Below, piece by piece: positions 13,691 to 27,859 of a stretch of DNA of 64,000 nt. The stretch's first letter is position 1. Each line of letters begins with the position of its first letter. The translations under genes and the position numbers were made by a program. This DNA is from Octopus sinensis (lineage: Eukaryota). Under the pieces are notes generated by a model. The model made no database searches and had not been told where the DNA came from. It saw only the letters and a program-made list of their open reading frames with translations. The stretch covers positions 6,696,001-6,760,000 of the forward strand of contig NC_043011.1 of NCBI RefSeq assembly GCF_006345805.1, read 5' to 3'.

Positions 13691-14362
13691 TACCAATCCC
13701 ACAACCCAATATTCTAATTTAGAATTTAAACCAAGTTCTAACATAGAAACAAGGCCACACGGGAAGAGGAAGAGGAGGTCTAATTGGATGGGTTGATTTC
13801 AGTACATACCTGTTGCTCTACTTCAATTTTATTGGCCCCAGAAGAACAGAACGGAAACAAAATCCAGACGACATTTTATGCCAACGCTCTACCAACTTCC
13901 ATGTAACATTCAACATGGCTGCTACTAATAAGCAGTAAATCCCCAGAGATTTATCACTAAATCAGGCTAATCTCTTGTGAGATTTCTGTCTAAATTAGAA
14001 ACCATTTCGAATTGAAAGTTATTTTGGTTTCAACGTTTAAAGTTTCAATGTGGCTTATTTTTGGAAACAAGTTGTTTTTGTTGTTAGAGGTTGGTCCTTG
14101 CCCAGCAGATATCTATGATCAGAGATCTTCCAACTATGACCATCCCTGCATTATATCCAGACATACTGTCTCTTCTGAGACAAGGGAGGCTCGACTGCTC
14201 TATATGTAGCAGCTCATTCCATCAACATTAACACAATAACCACTCTCAACCACACTACAATTGTCACCATTACCACCACCTATCACTATCACCACTGCCG
14301 CCGCCACCACCACCTTCCTCCCAACACTACCATCACCAGTTCTTTTCGGTGCCAGTTTGATT

Positions 14363-14586
14363 TTAACCCTTTCATTACCAATCCGGCCAAAACCGCCCCT
14401 GGCTCTGAGTACAAATGTCTTGTTTTCATAAGTTCTGAATTAAAATCTTCCACCAAACCTTAGTCACAATTTATGTTCCTAACACTAGCTGAATGATAAC
14501 TAAGTTATTTTGATAAATTCTTTGTTATATTTAAAGTAATTCAAAGAAACACAGGACATCTCAAAATAAATGCGGTAACGAAAGGG
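14363..14586. mobile_element. piggyBac-type MITE
   Basis: TTAACCCTTTCATTAC ... GTAACGAAAGGG; right TTAA lost. Confidence 0.7.
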
Positions 14587-15832
14587 ATGCCAATATCTTG
14601 GCTTTACAAATGGGCACCCAAGAATGGAAAAGAGAAAAAATCACCAGGATTTTGTTATATTTCCTTATAGCAACGAAAACTAGAGATGGACAAAGGGAGA
14701 TTGGAATACTCCTGGTTAAAACCTTGTCCTAGAGGATTTATGTTGTTCGTTTAACCCCTACCTCAACTGAACTATTGTTAGGGACCTACATTTACAATGC
14801 AGTCATTCTTTTTTTTTAATTTGAGGGAGATTTAGCTATTTCTAATAGATGGACTGACCTTGTAATGGTTCCCCTGTCATTCGTTGTTTAGCCACATGCT
14901 AACTCTGAACAAATAGAAATTATCAAAAACGTCCCAACCATGACTAACTATCCTGTCTTGCATTCAGATACAGTTTATTTAGGACTGCATTCTCCAAAGT
15001 GACTCTCAATTTGTAAGTCGATAGGGCGTCATTTGAGGGATATCTGGCTGCCATTGACAGGAGACAGAAAGAGAGAGAGAGAGAGATAGAGAGAGGGGGG
15101 TGACAAAGATTTGCTGGCGTTCTTACAGGATTGTAAATTATCTAATGTGTCAAAAACTAATTTCCTCAAATGTGTATGCTTTAACCATTATAGATTATGA
15201 TTCTACAACAAAAGGGGAGACGACGACTAGGGAATGGGGCTCATCCCTTTCTCATTTTTTATCTATTTTTCACTTTCTTTTGAATTTCTTTAGACTTACG
15301 CTTTAAACATCTGAAATTATAATTCTTCAAAAATATACTTGATTTAAAAAAAAAATAATAAATCGCCCCCTCCTTCTCCACAAACAAACAAAAAAAACCC
15401 AGTTAAAACTGAAAAAAAAAAAAAATTATGGACGGGCAGGATGCAACCAGCAATAATCTCTTGCTACGTTCTGAGTTCAAATTCTGCCGAGGTCGACTTT
15501 GCCTCTCATCCTTTTGGGGTTGATAAATTAAGTACCAGTTGAACACTGGGGTCGAAGTAATTGAATCACCCCCACCTCCCTAAGCTGCCCTTGTGGCAAA
15601 AGAAAAAAAAAAATTGAAATATTATTCCAGAATCGTAATCTACGATACTGGAAAGAAGTAACATTGGTGCCTTAGATAATTTCCAACTCTATTCTACAAG
15701 AATGGTAGATTTGCTTATTTTCCCCCAAGACGGGTGGGTGTCTCCTGTAACCCAGTAAAACTCTCACAAAATTATTTTCAATAAATATTCTAATACTTTT
15801 GGTTATTGTTTTCAATTTAACTGCAATAATAA

Positions 15833-16208
15833 TCTCTCTCTATATAAAGCTGAAGTTGTCTTCAGTGTATGGCAGGTTTGGTAGCCTTCGAGACCCTGCG
15901 GTGCAAGCTGACCAAAATTGAGAGTATGATAGAAGAAGGCTTGCTCTTCATTCCGTAGAAGAAAAAATTCAAATCGGACCATGTTAACACCAAAAATTAT
16001 TTACATCAAAAAGGTGCTTTTTTTCTATGAAAATCCCTATTTTTTACGATTTTTTGACTGCTGTGTCGCCATTTTTCGGTGTATTTCAACCAGGAAAATG
16101 TTCGCTTAAAGAGAATAACAAGCTACATAATGCAAAATTTTTACTTTTCAAAAATTCCAATTTTAAAGGGTCGAAACAAACCCGAGCAATGCCGGGCGAT
16201 ACTGCTAG
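15833..16208 (+). mobile_element. Non-autonomous Helitron-like element, copy 2
   Basis: A|TCTCTCTCTATATAAAGCTG ... CCCGAGCAATGCCGGG hairpin + CTAG; homologous to 1552-1930. Confidence 0.7.
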
Positions 16209-16422
16209 CAATAATAATAATGATGATGCCCTTCATTATATAAACTACATTGTTATTGTTAGTCATATATTACTAGTTAGTTACTAACTTACAACAATAT
16301 TTATTTAATTACTTTAATTGTCGTTTATGATATTTTAAATTTTTGTTTTAGCCAAAAAAAAAAAAAAAAAATATGACATTTCGCACATGATCGAAGTTTC
16401 GCTTTCGAACGAATCAATGGCA

Positions 16423-16837
16423 ATCTTTCGTCTCTAGTAGACCTTTCCGTCGATTTCCGTAAAAAATTTTTTTTTTTACATATGGGCTTGCGGGAACTTT
16501 TGAAGTAATGAGAGCGAAAGAGACTAAGTGAAAGCGATTGTATGACGAGAGAAGTTCTTTTGAAGTTACCGTGCATGGGAAGCATTGATGTACATGTGTG
16601 TGTGTGTGTTTGATGGGGTGTGGGAGACAGACAGTATGTTGTGTAAGTGAAGTGCTTCTGTTAGTGTGTGTGAAGAGACAGAGTAATGTGTGAAAGAGAG
16701 AGATAACTGAAATTTTTTACTCGGTGTATGTGTATATGTATGTATGTATATTACTTCAAAAGTTGCCGCAAGCCCATATGTAAAAAAATTTATTTTTTTA
16801 CGGAAATCGACGGAAAGGTCTACTAGAGACGAAAGAT
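16423..16837. mobile_element. Foldback/MITE with ~87-bp terminal inverted repeats
   Basis: 16423-16509 is the near-perfect reverse complement of 16750-16837. Confidence 0.7.
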
Positions 16838-17012
16838 CGCTGAATCAATTTTGTTTTAGTTTGATTTCGATCTTACAGAAATTAAAAAAAAAAAAACATT
16901 TTTCAGTGATTTTCTTCCTTCTTTCTATTAGAATAAAGTGATTGCGTTATTTTGTAGTGGCAATGTGGTAGTTTAGCGTACCGGCTTTTATTTTTGCAGA
17001 AGTACTTCTTAC

Positions 17013-17133
17013 TGAAAACGTGGTAAGGAAAAGCGAACTTATCTAACTTCAACTGGTCTCTTTCCTGACCTTCAGCATTCAGTCGGTCTCGAACCAAAAG
17101 ATGTCCATTTATTTCACGGATCTGTTGTGCCAT
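17013..17133 (-). CDS. Candidate first coding exon of an unidentified gene
   Basis: atcATGG Kozak context; MAQQIREINGHLLVRDRLNAEGQERDQLKLDKFAFPYHVF; strong donor A|GTAAGA; non-repetitive, CpG-containing context. No homology recognised. Confidence 0.35.
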
Positions 17134-18549
17134 GATATAACAGGGGGTACTTTGATTTTATCAACAAGACACACATATACGACCTGGCCGTGATCAATCG
17201 TTGGCCCCAAATTCTCCTAAATGAAGTCAACAATATTTCCTTCGTTTATGTAAAACTATTGCCACACTATGACAGAAGCTTGGGAAAATGAAAAATGTAC
17301 ATCATAATCCATCATCACCTTTACTGCTTTCCGCCCTGCTTGTCTCTTATCGTGTGTGTATATATATCAGTAATAACAAAGGGTAAAATTAATTAATTAA
17401 AAAGTAATCAATAATTTCACCAAGTAGAGTTTGGCATGAAAAAAGGACCATTTTATGGTAAACTTAAGTAATACTAAATAATTAGGGTTCAGCTTGGTTT
17501 TTCTGGGAGTCCCTTTTTAAGTAGAAGAAATAGCTAACGTTTTTTGGCTGCTATTTCTAAGCTTCGGTATGTGGTAAAGCAAATCTTTGCTGAACCCTAA
17601 TTATTTAGTATATATATGCGCGTGTGTGTGTGTGTGTGTGTACATACACAGATTCTATCTCCCAGTTACTGAAGACTTCCCACATCTCCAGATGAAGGAA
17701 TAGCGTCGGCACCCCTAACATTTGAACCACAGACTCACTAATAAAAGTGAAGCACAAACCCTAATTCAACGAAACCCCTTGGTATCGACAAAGCTGCCCT
17801 ATCCTGTCTTTTGATAAGTTCTAGACATTAACCGACGGACTTAAGCCGGGTGGATTGCTTCAGCCAAACGATCATTGCATTTCATTATATTGTTAAAACC
17901 CGAAACACCGAGGAAATGAATTGTAGAAGAACTATCACTTTGTATTAATTAAATACACAGGGAAAAGGCATGAAGACCACATCATCTCGTACACGTTTAG
18001 TCTTCTGAGAAGAAATCAAATTATTACACACCATTGCAGTATGTAATAATAGCGTGGGGCAAAATCGATTGAAGAAGTAGTGGAAGGGATTTGAGGAAAT
18101 ATGGTTCTTAAGTGGTGAGGTACCAGAATGAAAAACGGTATATGGGTGGGAAGGGGTGATGGTGGAACTGATAAAAGTGTGGGACAAAAGCATCTTGGAG
18201 TACACGGTTACGATGTTTTATGTTCTAATTTCACATGTCATGCACTTCTACCTTCGTAAAACAAGTACAGGAGTCAATAGAATCGGTTAAGCCGTTGAAA
18301 GTGACATTGCTCCAGCATGACCACATATTAAAAAAAAGTCTAAAAAATAATATAACATACAAGAAGGTGTGTGAGAGTCTTATTTTGTAAATTAGGAAAC
18401 CATAAGCAAAAATTCGGCGCTGTTAGAATTATAGCTTTTGTTGCGGTTTCATTTTCCTACAAAGGCGTGGTGACAAGTTTGCTTTCCCAAGCACACGGAT
18501 CCCGATTCGGTCTCTTAACAAATTCCGCCTGACTCATGCCAGCATGACG

Positions 18550-18637
<88 letters not shown>

Positions 18638-19473
18638 GTATATGTTTATTAATCACAAACTCTTTAATATTAAACATTTTTTCCTATAAAGTAATTGTTT
18701 ACAAAGACCAGATTTAAAAAATATATAAATGATGATGGTGATATATGTATAAAGCAAATTTATTATATAAACACAATATATATATATATAATATATATAT
18801 ACATACACACACATATATATATATATACACACACACACACATATATATATAATATATATATATATGCACACACACATATATATATATAATATATATATAT
18901 ATGCACACACACATATTATATATATATATAACATACACACACATATATATAATATATTATATATATATACATACACACACACACACATATATATAATATA
19001 TATACACACACACACACACATATATATATATATGCATGTATGTAAGTATATATACATATAACATTTAAATCAAAGATGAATTTTATTGATGAAATTTATA
19101 AACACACACACACACTTTTCTCTAATGTTTAGCAGCCAGTGTTGCACACAAAATCTCGTGTCCATTACCTCACCCCTACATAACAACAATCACAATGTTA
19201 TGCACTGCATGTGCCAATATAAACGAAGGATAATTTCAACATAACTTTGACACATCATCATCCCTCAATGGCTAATAAAACTGTCTTGGCAGGTTTTTAA
19301 TGAAGGCCTGACAATAAACTGCCATTACCACCATCGTTCCACACACACACATTCTTTTCAAGGGAATATATTAAACATATTTTAACAGTTTGGAATTGGC
19401 TGTCCTTCGAGGTCCCACATCTCATGGGAAACGAAAAGGAGTAGTTTTCATTTTTTTTCTGTAAACGATTACT

Positions 19474-19513
<40 letters not shown>

Positions 19514-20435
19514 TAAGGAAAATGACTAATCTTTAAAAAATTTTCTCATCTTTTTCTTTAACTTCAGCCATTGAACTATGCCCACGCTGGAGCACCACCT
19601 TGAAGGGTTTAAGTCGAACACAGACATCAGAACTTAGTTTACCATCTCTCTTATTGAACTGCTAAGTTACGAGAACAGAAACAAACCAACACCAGTTGTC
19701 AAGCGACGATGGGGACAAACGCAATACACATGACGAGCTTCCGCACATTTTCCGTCTACTAAACTCCCAAGATATTGGTCGACCTGGTACTCCAGTCAGA
19801 CATATGGTCACGGTGCCGAGCAGTAGCACTGGACCCGAAACGACATCGTTACAAAGCAAACTTCTGAGCCATACCTGCGCCCCAAATTTATTATTTTTTA
19901 AAATTCGCCCTCCCCGCTTCAACCCCATTTTTCATGCCATGAACTACGGGACTTCAAAGGACACGGGTTCTAAAAAAAATCCACTGAAACATTTTGGGGG
20001 AATTTTAATAGAAATAAACATAAAATCTTGACAAATTCATCAACAGCAAACTTAATGAACTTTGTTTTTAGAATCTTTTTACTAAAACAAATCAAAAATT
20101 AAAACAACAAATTTTAATTAATTCTAATTAATTCTACATTAATTTAGGCAACTAAACATTCTATGTACTCAGGAATTTTTCGCGCGCGCGTCTATGTGAA
20201 TAAATACTATAAGACCCAGTTGATTTGGCCGGGAGTCTAAAACGTTGCTTAGATAGCCCTCTGTCTGTCTGTCTTACTGTCAATCAAACAGGAGATTGGA
20301 AAAATTACTGGTATTATCATGGTAAATAAATAACACCTTATATTTTTTTTTATCAAATCTCTTGTTCTAATATGCAAAGACTCTGCAAAAACTATTTCTC
20401 CAGTTCTTAAGAATACCTCACACAAATATAACATC

Positions 20436-20653
20436 CTCTTTTACTTGTTTCAGTCATTTGACTGCGGCCATGCTGGAGCACCACCTTTAATCGAGCAACT
20501 CGACCCCGGGACTTATTCTTTTGTAAGCCCAGTACTTATTCTATTGGTCTCTTTTGCCGAACCGCTAAGTAACGGGGACATAAACACACCAGCATCGGTT
20601 GTCAAGCAATGCTAGGGGGACAAACACAGACACACAAACACGCATATATATAT

Positions 20654-20692
<39 letters not shown>

Positions 20693-20854
20693 GACGGGCT
20701 TCTTTCAGTTTCCGTCTACCAAATCCACTCAGAAGGCTTTGATCGGCCCGAGGCTATAGTAGAAGACACTTGCCCAAGGTGCCACGCAGTGGGACTGAAC
20801 CCGGAACCATGTGGTTGGTAAACAAGTTACTTACCACACAGCCACTCCTGCGCC
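20436..20854 (-). mobile_element. CORE-type SINE, full length
   Basis: Same family as 4145-4547. Confidence 0.85.
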
Positions 20855-21208
20855 TAATACAAATTGTAATACAATATACAAATTTGGAATATTGTAATAA
20901 ACCGATGGGCTCCAGGAGGGCGCAGCTTGTATATAGCCCTGTCTATATAACCATTCCGTCAGTCTATCTAAAACTGTATAGTTTTAGATATATAATTCAT
21001 ATGAAAATGGATTTTACTTGTCCTTTTTTTATTTCCATTTATTACATACAAGTTATAATATATAATGGCTGTGTGGTTAAGAAGCTCGCTTTGCGTCCAC
21101 ATGGTTCTGGGTTCAACCTCACAGAGTGGCACCATTTCTACTATAACATCACCTGGACCTATCAATGCTGTGTGAGTGAATTTGCTGGACGGAAACTGTG
21201 TGGAATCC

Positions 21209-21592
21209 CGGAGTGGCTGTGTGGTAAGTAGCTTGCTTACGAACCACATGGTTCCGGGTTCAGTCCCACTGAATGGCACCTTGGGCAAGTGTCTTCTGCT
21301 ATAGCCCCGGGCCGACCAATGCCTTGTGAGTGGATTTGGTAGATGGAAACTGAAAGAAGCCCGTCGTATATATGTGTATATATGTGTGTGTCTGTGTTTG
21401 TCCCCCTAGTATTGCTTGACAACCGATGCTGGTGTGTTTATGTCCCCGTCACTTAGCGGTTCAGCAAAAGAGACCGATAGAATAAGTACTGGGCTTACAA
21501 AGAATAAGTCCCGGGTCGAGTTGCTTGATTAAAGGTGGTGCTCCAGCATGGCCGCAGTCAAATGACTGAAACAAGTAAAAGAGTAAAAGAGT
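21209..21592 (+). mobile_element. CORE-type SINE
   Basis: Same family, opposite orientation to 20436-20854. Confidence 0.85.
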
Positions 21593-22789
21593 ATACAAAA
21601 GACAGGATGGTCACGAATGGAATACTTTTGATCACCGGTTTGCTCAATCAGGCAAGACCTGGGGTTAAACAACAACTGCTATATCACACCTTATTTTTGT
21701 TTTCTAAGGAAGGACATGTTGAATAATTTTGTCTGAGATACTCAATGGAGCCGAGAGAGGATGGTCCCTGCTAGGTCAGGACTGACCTGGGACTAAACAA
21801 CGGCGACCCAGAGGAGAGAATATGTGAAGGAAAACGATAAAGAGTGAAAGAGGGAGGGAGTAAGGCAAAGATAGAAAGGATAAGAAGAGTAAGGTGGAAG
21901 GAGGGAAGGGGAGGACGAAGAGGAGTGGGAGATATTTCAGCAACCAGCACAATAGAAATAGCGGCCAAGAAGAGAGGGATCAGTTTATATATGTTTTATA
22001 GTTGTAAAACTATCCCTAACTTTGTGTCCATGCTTGAAATCCCTACTTTTTTTTTCGTTCAATATATTTAATGTTTTCGGGTTTTGCTTTTTGTTTATGA
22101 ATATAGTCTTGCCTTAAATTAGTTGCAATGTGGAATGTGAGGTGTGAAACATGTTTAAGGTGCGTTATAAAATGGAAAAGAAACCCTAGTTATTTTACAA
22201 ATTATTTCTAATTGTTTTCTCTAATTACATACAATTGAATGAAAAGGGGGAGAAAGGGGAAAATGCAAAACCTTTAATTTGACCCTTTAATTTTAAAAAC
22301 CGATTCTTTTTTGTAGGATATATACATTTTATATTATATATATACGCGCGCGCACGTATTTTCTGGTGTATAATAAGTCGCATCCCTAATTTAGTGCTAA
22401 ATCTTGGTACGAAATTCCTGCCTCCATAATTTTAGCTTTACCCATGGTACGGAGCAAATACGGTGTACACACACAAATATTTAATTAAACAGCCACACAC
22501 ATGCATAAAGTCCGAACCGGACACTTTATTGGTAACCGCATATATGAAAGAGTGTGTATGTGTTTATACACGCAGCTACATGGCATAATATACATGCACA
22601 TGTGCGTAGAGACATGTACATGTATCAATAGCACGCATTCATACATAATTGTGTGTGTGTGTGTACATGTCACTCACAGAAAGAAGAAGCCGGTTAAGAA
22701 TATTCGCTATTATGAAGAGAATGGTCGCAGAAATCCAGTTTCGATTCTTCGATTACGTTTTTATTGTTTCAAGCTACATACAGGAGCAT

Positions 22790-22964
22790 ACAGGTGCAAA
22801 ACAAGGTGGAAAAAACAGTACTCAGTTGAGTAAAAGAATATTCTATTGCGGCTGAAAAGACTTCCCGAACTGTTGTTACTCAGAGTTTAACATAACCGAC
22901 AGCTGCCTGAGGATCGGTGATGTTAAACTCTGAGTAACAATTTGGGAAGTCTTTTCAGCTGCAA
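22790..22964 (+). mobile_element. Penelope-like terminal-repeat relic with foldback
   Basis: Shares AAACAAGGTGGAAAAAA.AGTACTC and AAACTCTGAGTAACA with 29415-29590 and 41312-41500; ~45-bp inverted arms. Confidence 0.5.
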
Positions 22965-24098
22965 CACACACACACACACACATCCAGCTCTTGTGTCATT
23001 GAACCAAACTGACTGACAAATAAGGGTACCATTACATGATGGGACGACCTAATCGAATAAATAGCTAAGTCTCCAGTCTCAAATCACACCGTATATTTAA
23101 TACACTCACCCCTACTAAAAACGATGGTAGGGTCATGGCTGGAATGCTGTGTTCCAGTGGTTTTTAACTGGGGTCCACATAAGATTTTACTGTTAGAATT
23201 TATCTGCAATAAATTGGTTGGAACTAGCAAAGACAAAATATTTTAATTATTTTAAGACAATTCCTAATAATATTTAATCATATATAATAAAAAAAATTTT
23301 AAACATCAAATGGCTATGGGTGGAAAAAAAATGGTTGAGAGCCACTGCCTCAAATGGCAGAAAAGGGCTGCATGTAAAAGGGCACCAAATGTGTAAAAGG
23401 TTAAAATTAATATCCTTTCTTAAGGGTAATTTTTATTCTTGTTTTCACTTTGGATAAGTACAAAAACTATAATAATTGTTATTCTCTCTCTCAATAAATT
23501 TCACAATCCCAATATTGGAAAGTGCCCTGATTGAAGGCCATAATCCATGCGAAACTTTTGAAACATCAATCGCAGACGCCTGCCTTTTTAAGGGCTAAAT
23601 AACATCAGCTACAATTATGTAACAGGAAGGGCATCTATTTTGTGGAATGGTCATGTTTGGGAATAATCTTGATATTCATGCTCCTATCAGAGAGAGACCC
23701 ATTACATGAACTGCTTTTTTGGACAAAGTTTCTTTAAGAAAAGCTTTCATTTCAGAGAATGGAGATATCCTCTTTTTATGGAAACTTCTTTTGACAAGTG
23801 TGTACAATACACAAGCGAGCATACATACTACACACACAGACATACAACTACTGAAGATGTTCATTATGCATAAACACATCACTATTTTATATACTAAGAC
23901 GTACATTATACATATCTACAACACTATATATATATATACTTGTATATCTATGACTACCATGTATGTTTGCATATGCTTATCCTTTCTATCTGTCTCATAT
24001 ATATACACACACACACACACCACACACACAGTAGAACCTCGGTTTACAAGCACCTCTGATCAAGAATAAATTGTGCTCTCTCTCTCTACACACACACA

Positions 24099-24187
<89 letters not shown>

Positions 24188-24281
24188 TATATATAGACAC
24201 ACACACATATATATAAGGCACAATTTATTCGCGATCAGAGTTGTTCGAAAACTGAGGTACTACTGTGTGTGTGTATATATA

Positions 24282-24335
<54 letters not shown>

Positions 24336-24977
24336 CCAAGACATCATAAAGAAGAATGGAGAATCTTCAGAATTTGTTTTATTACAGCATTAGTCTCATT
24401 AAATTCCAATCTGACACATGTTTCTGCGGAATCGGTGTCCCAGTATCCTTTGATGTAGCATTTATGTGCATTTAGTTGATTCTGTTGCAGTAAATATTCA
24501 TCCAAGGTAAACATTCTTGTGCAGCTTAGTTCAAGGTTTTACCTGTTCAGGTGAGTGAAACGAACTTTGTATGTATGTACACATGTATGCATATATGTAT
24601 GTATCATGATTGTGGCTGTATCTTCTTGCATGTATAAATACATGTGTATTATGGTTATATATCTCACAGCTGTGCTAGGAGTGTACACATGTAGTAATAG
24701 TATTACACATGTATACAGGTATATCTGGGTGGTTCAGAAGTTTGCTTGGCAAGCTCATGGCTCTTGGTTCAATCTCACAACACAGCAGCTTGGGTAAGTG
24801 CATTCTCATATAGAATTGGGTTGACCAATGACCTTGTGAATGGAATTTGGTAGATGGAAACTGGAAACTAGCCAGTCACACGTGTGTGTGTGTGTGTGTG
24901 TATTGGTGTAGTACAATGTTTAAGCCAAAAGGTAACTTAACTATTTGATAAAGAATTAAACTGAAATAACTATAGGG

Positions 24978-25262
24978 ATTATGATGCCAGTGCCACCATG
25001 ACTGGCTTCTGTGCCGGTGGCACTTAAAAAGCACCAACTGATCGTGGCCATTGCCAGCCTCCCCTGGCCCCTGTGCCGGTGGCACACAAAAAGCACCCAC
25101 TACACTCATAGAGTGGTTGGTGTTAGGAAGGGCATTCAGCTGTAGAAACACGGCCAGATCAGACTGGGGCCTGGTGCAGCTTCATGGTTTCCCAGACCCT
25201 GGTCAAACCGTCCAACCCATGCTAGCATGGAAAACGGACGTTAAACGATGATGATGATGATG
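24978..25262 (+). mobile_element. RTE-tail SINE-like repeat
   Basis: Ends CCAACCCATGCTAGCATGGAAAACGGACGTTAAACGATGATGATG; related copies at 54625-54950 and 63630-63905. Confidence 0.7.
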
Positions 25263-26308
25263 ATTAATATGATTGATTAAAACTGTTCATGGCAATGCTG
25301 TAGCATGGCCACACTCCAATGACTGCAACCAGTTCAAGATCAAAGACGTTATAAACAAATATTTATGCAACATGCATACATTCATGTGTCACATGTTTAC
25401 ATAGTTGTATGTGTAATATGTATACATGAACACATGTATAATTTGTATACACCCATGCAATATACATACATACGTAACCAGAGTGGAGTCTAGTGCAGCA
25501 TGCCAGCCTGGTCAAAGCGTCCAACCCATGCCAGCATGGACAATGGACGTTAAATGAAGATGATGATGATTGTAATATGTATGTATAAGATAATGAATTG
25601 GCAGTTGTTACAACATCAGAACGAATATCTGTGCCATGAGTTCAAACCTCACCAAGGTCAGTTGTGTGGACTTCATCCTTCTATGGTCACTAAAGTATCA
25701 GTCAAGTAAAGAGGTGAGGGTCAGACCTAGAAAAGGATGAGTTCCACTAGGTTTAGATGCTCAACACAAGTCAGATATCATCTTGGCACTCTGATGATTC
25801 CACAAGAAGTGGAGGTCATATTGGCAAGGCAAGGCAACATGAAAAATTAGATGACATCATTTTGATGTCTAATTTTTCATGCTTGGATGGAATTGGATGG
25901 ATTTTGTCTACAGCTGGATGCTCTTCTTGTCCCCAACCCTCACCTATTTCCAAACAAAATATTTTCCACACTGGGAACAGAAACGAATGACTTGTATAAC
26001 AATGATACTCACAGACAAGAGAGGAAGGTGTACACACACACAAGTTGAATCAACATGAAGGACCTTTCAAACTTCCATCAAACTCATTATTGCAGGATTC
26101 ACCTGGATTTTTATCCATCTGCATTGAACACCTATTAATTTTCATCCTTTGGACTTTCTTTGATTTTTCTGCTCTACTTATATATTTTATTCTTCATTCG
26201 CTTGTAGAAATATGCTATAAATGATTTGATATCTTGCAACCATCTCTTCGTAATTTATTTCTCATTTAATATGAACAATTACAAAATAGCTTCTTATAGT
26301 CTCATGCT

Positions 26309-26527
26309 TTAACCCTTTCGTTACCAACCCAGCTGAAACCCCCTCTGGCTCTTTAGTACAAATGTCTTGCTTTCATAAGTTTTGAATTGAAATCTTCCAC
26401 CAAATCCTAGTCACAATTTATGTTCCTAACACTAGCTGAATGATAACCAAGTTATTTCACTAAATTCTTTGTTATATTAAAAGAAATACAGAGCATCTCA
26501 AAAGAAATATGGTAGCAAAAGGGTTAA
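26309..26527. mobile_element. piggyBac-type MITE
   Basis: TTAACCCTTTCGTTAC ... GTAGCAAAAGGGTTAA. Confidence 0.8.
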
Positions 26528-26743
26528 GATACAACACAAAGAAAGTATTATGTAAATTAAAATGATATTTATCTCTCACTGGATGGAGAGTTTTTTTTTG
26601 TTGATCCTATCTATATTGGATCTGTAAACAATATGTGTGTGTGTTAGAACTCAGTAGATCACTGCACAAATCCAACTCAGTGTGCTGTATACACCAAGAA
26701 GAGAACTTCTATACACATACCCCTATATGAACCAACAAGGTAC

Positions 26744-26784
<41 letters not shown>

Positions 26785-27859
26785 AATCTAATGCTCTTAG
26801 GTTAGTTTCTCCTTGGGGCTGGCCAAATTGGAGCAATCTGAAGATTAATCAGCTGAAATTGTGAGGATGATCTGGTTCTTGACTGAGGATAGAAAGCTTC
26901 GAATGGCCCGTCCTTGTTTTGTCGTATCGTCTATCTGGATGTTTTGTTGTCCCTTTTTGAACCACCTAGTTGTCCAGATGTTTTGCGTTCTTGTCCCATT
27001 TTGTATTTTACACACACACACACACCACACACACACATATATATAAATATATATATAGCCCAAGTATATGCTAAAAAAGGAACCTCAACAAATATACCCG
27101 AGTATGTGCCAATGAGGGACTGTCAATACATACACCCCAGTGTGAAGTCAACAAGAGAACCACTACATAACCACATGACCTGCTTAAACTAGTAGCAAAA
27201 TCTTCCTCAAATCACGTTATGCAATATACCTTAACTAGAATAAAGCAGAATCGTCGTATTTGGAATGTCTTTGATTATAGGTTTTGCTCAATCACAGTAA
27301 CTTGGGGTTACTATAAACATTAGTTTTTAGAATCTGTTTATTATCAAAATAAAATACTGATCAAGAAACGGGAGGCGGGATGCATGGTACTGACACACAC
27401 CTCCCATCAAAATTGCTGGCCCTGTGCTTCAATTAGAAAGTATTATGAAAGGTCGTGACCTGGCAGAACTGTTAGAGCATAAGGAAAAAAAAAAAAGCTT
27501 AGTTGCATTTCTTTTGGGTTCCGAGTTCAAATCCCAACGAGGTTAACTTTACCATTTATCCTTTCAAAGGTTGATGAAGTATAGCACCTGTCAAACACTG
27601 TGGAGTCAGTGTAATCAACCGATTCCCTTCCTCTAAAGATGGTGTCACATTTTCTAGATTTATTATTATAGAACGTGGCTTGAACTCTGCACACGTGTCT
27701 ATGATGGTTGCTGCAGCATGGAAAACAGACAGTTAAGGATGCTGATGAAGATGTCCAACTGTTGTGGAGTTGGGGAATGGTGTTGAAAATAATAATGAAT
27801 TTATTGTATACAGTGCTCAGGTGTATCACAACTCATCTGTGAAAGAGCATGAACAGTAT

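Noticed and set aside
24353-24525. ~56-aa minus-strand ORF MFTLDEYLLQQNQ...
   Set aside because: Short, no motif, upstream in-frame stop, no splice support.
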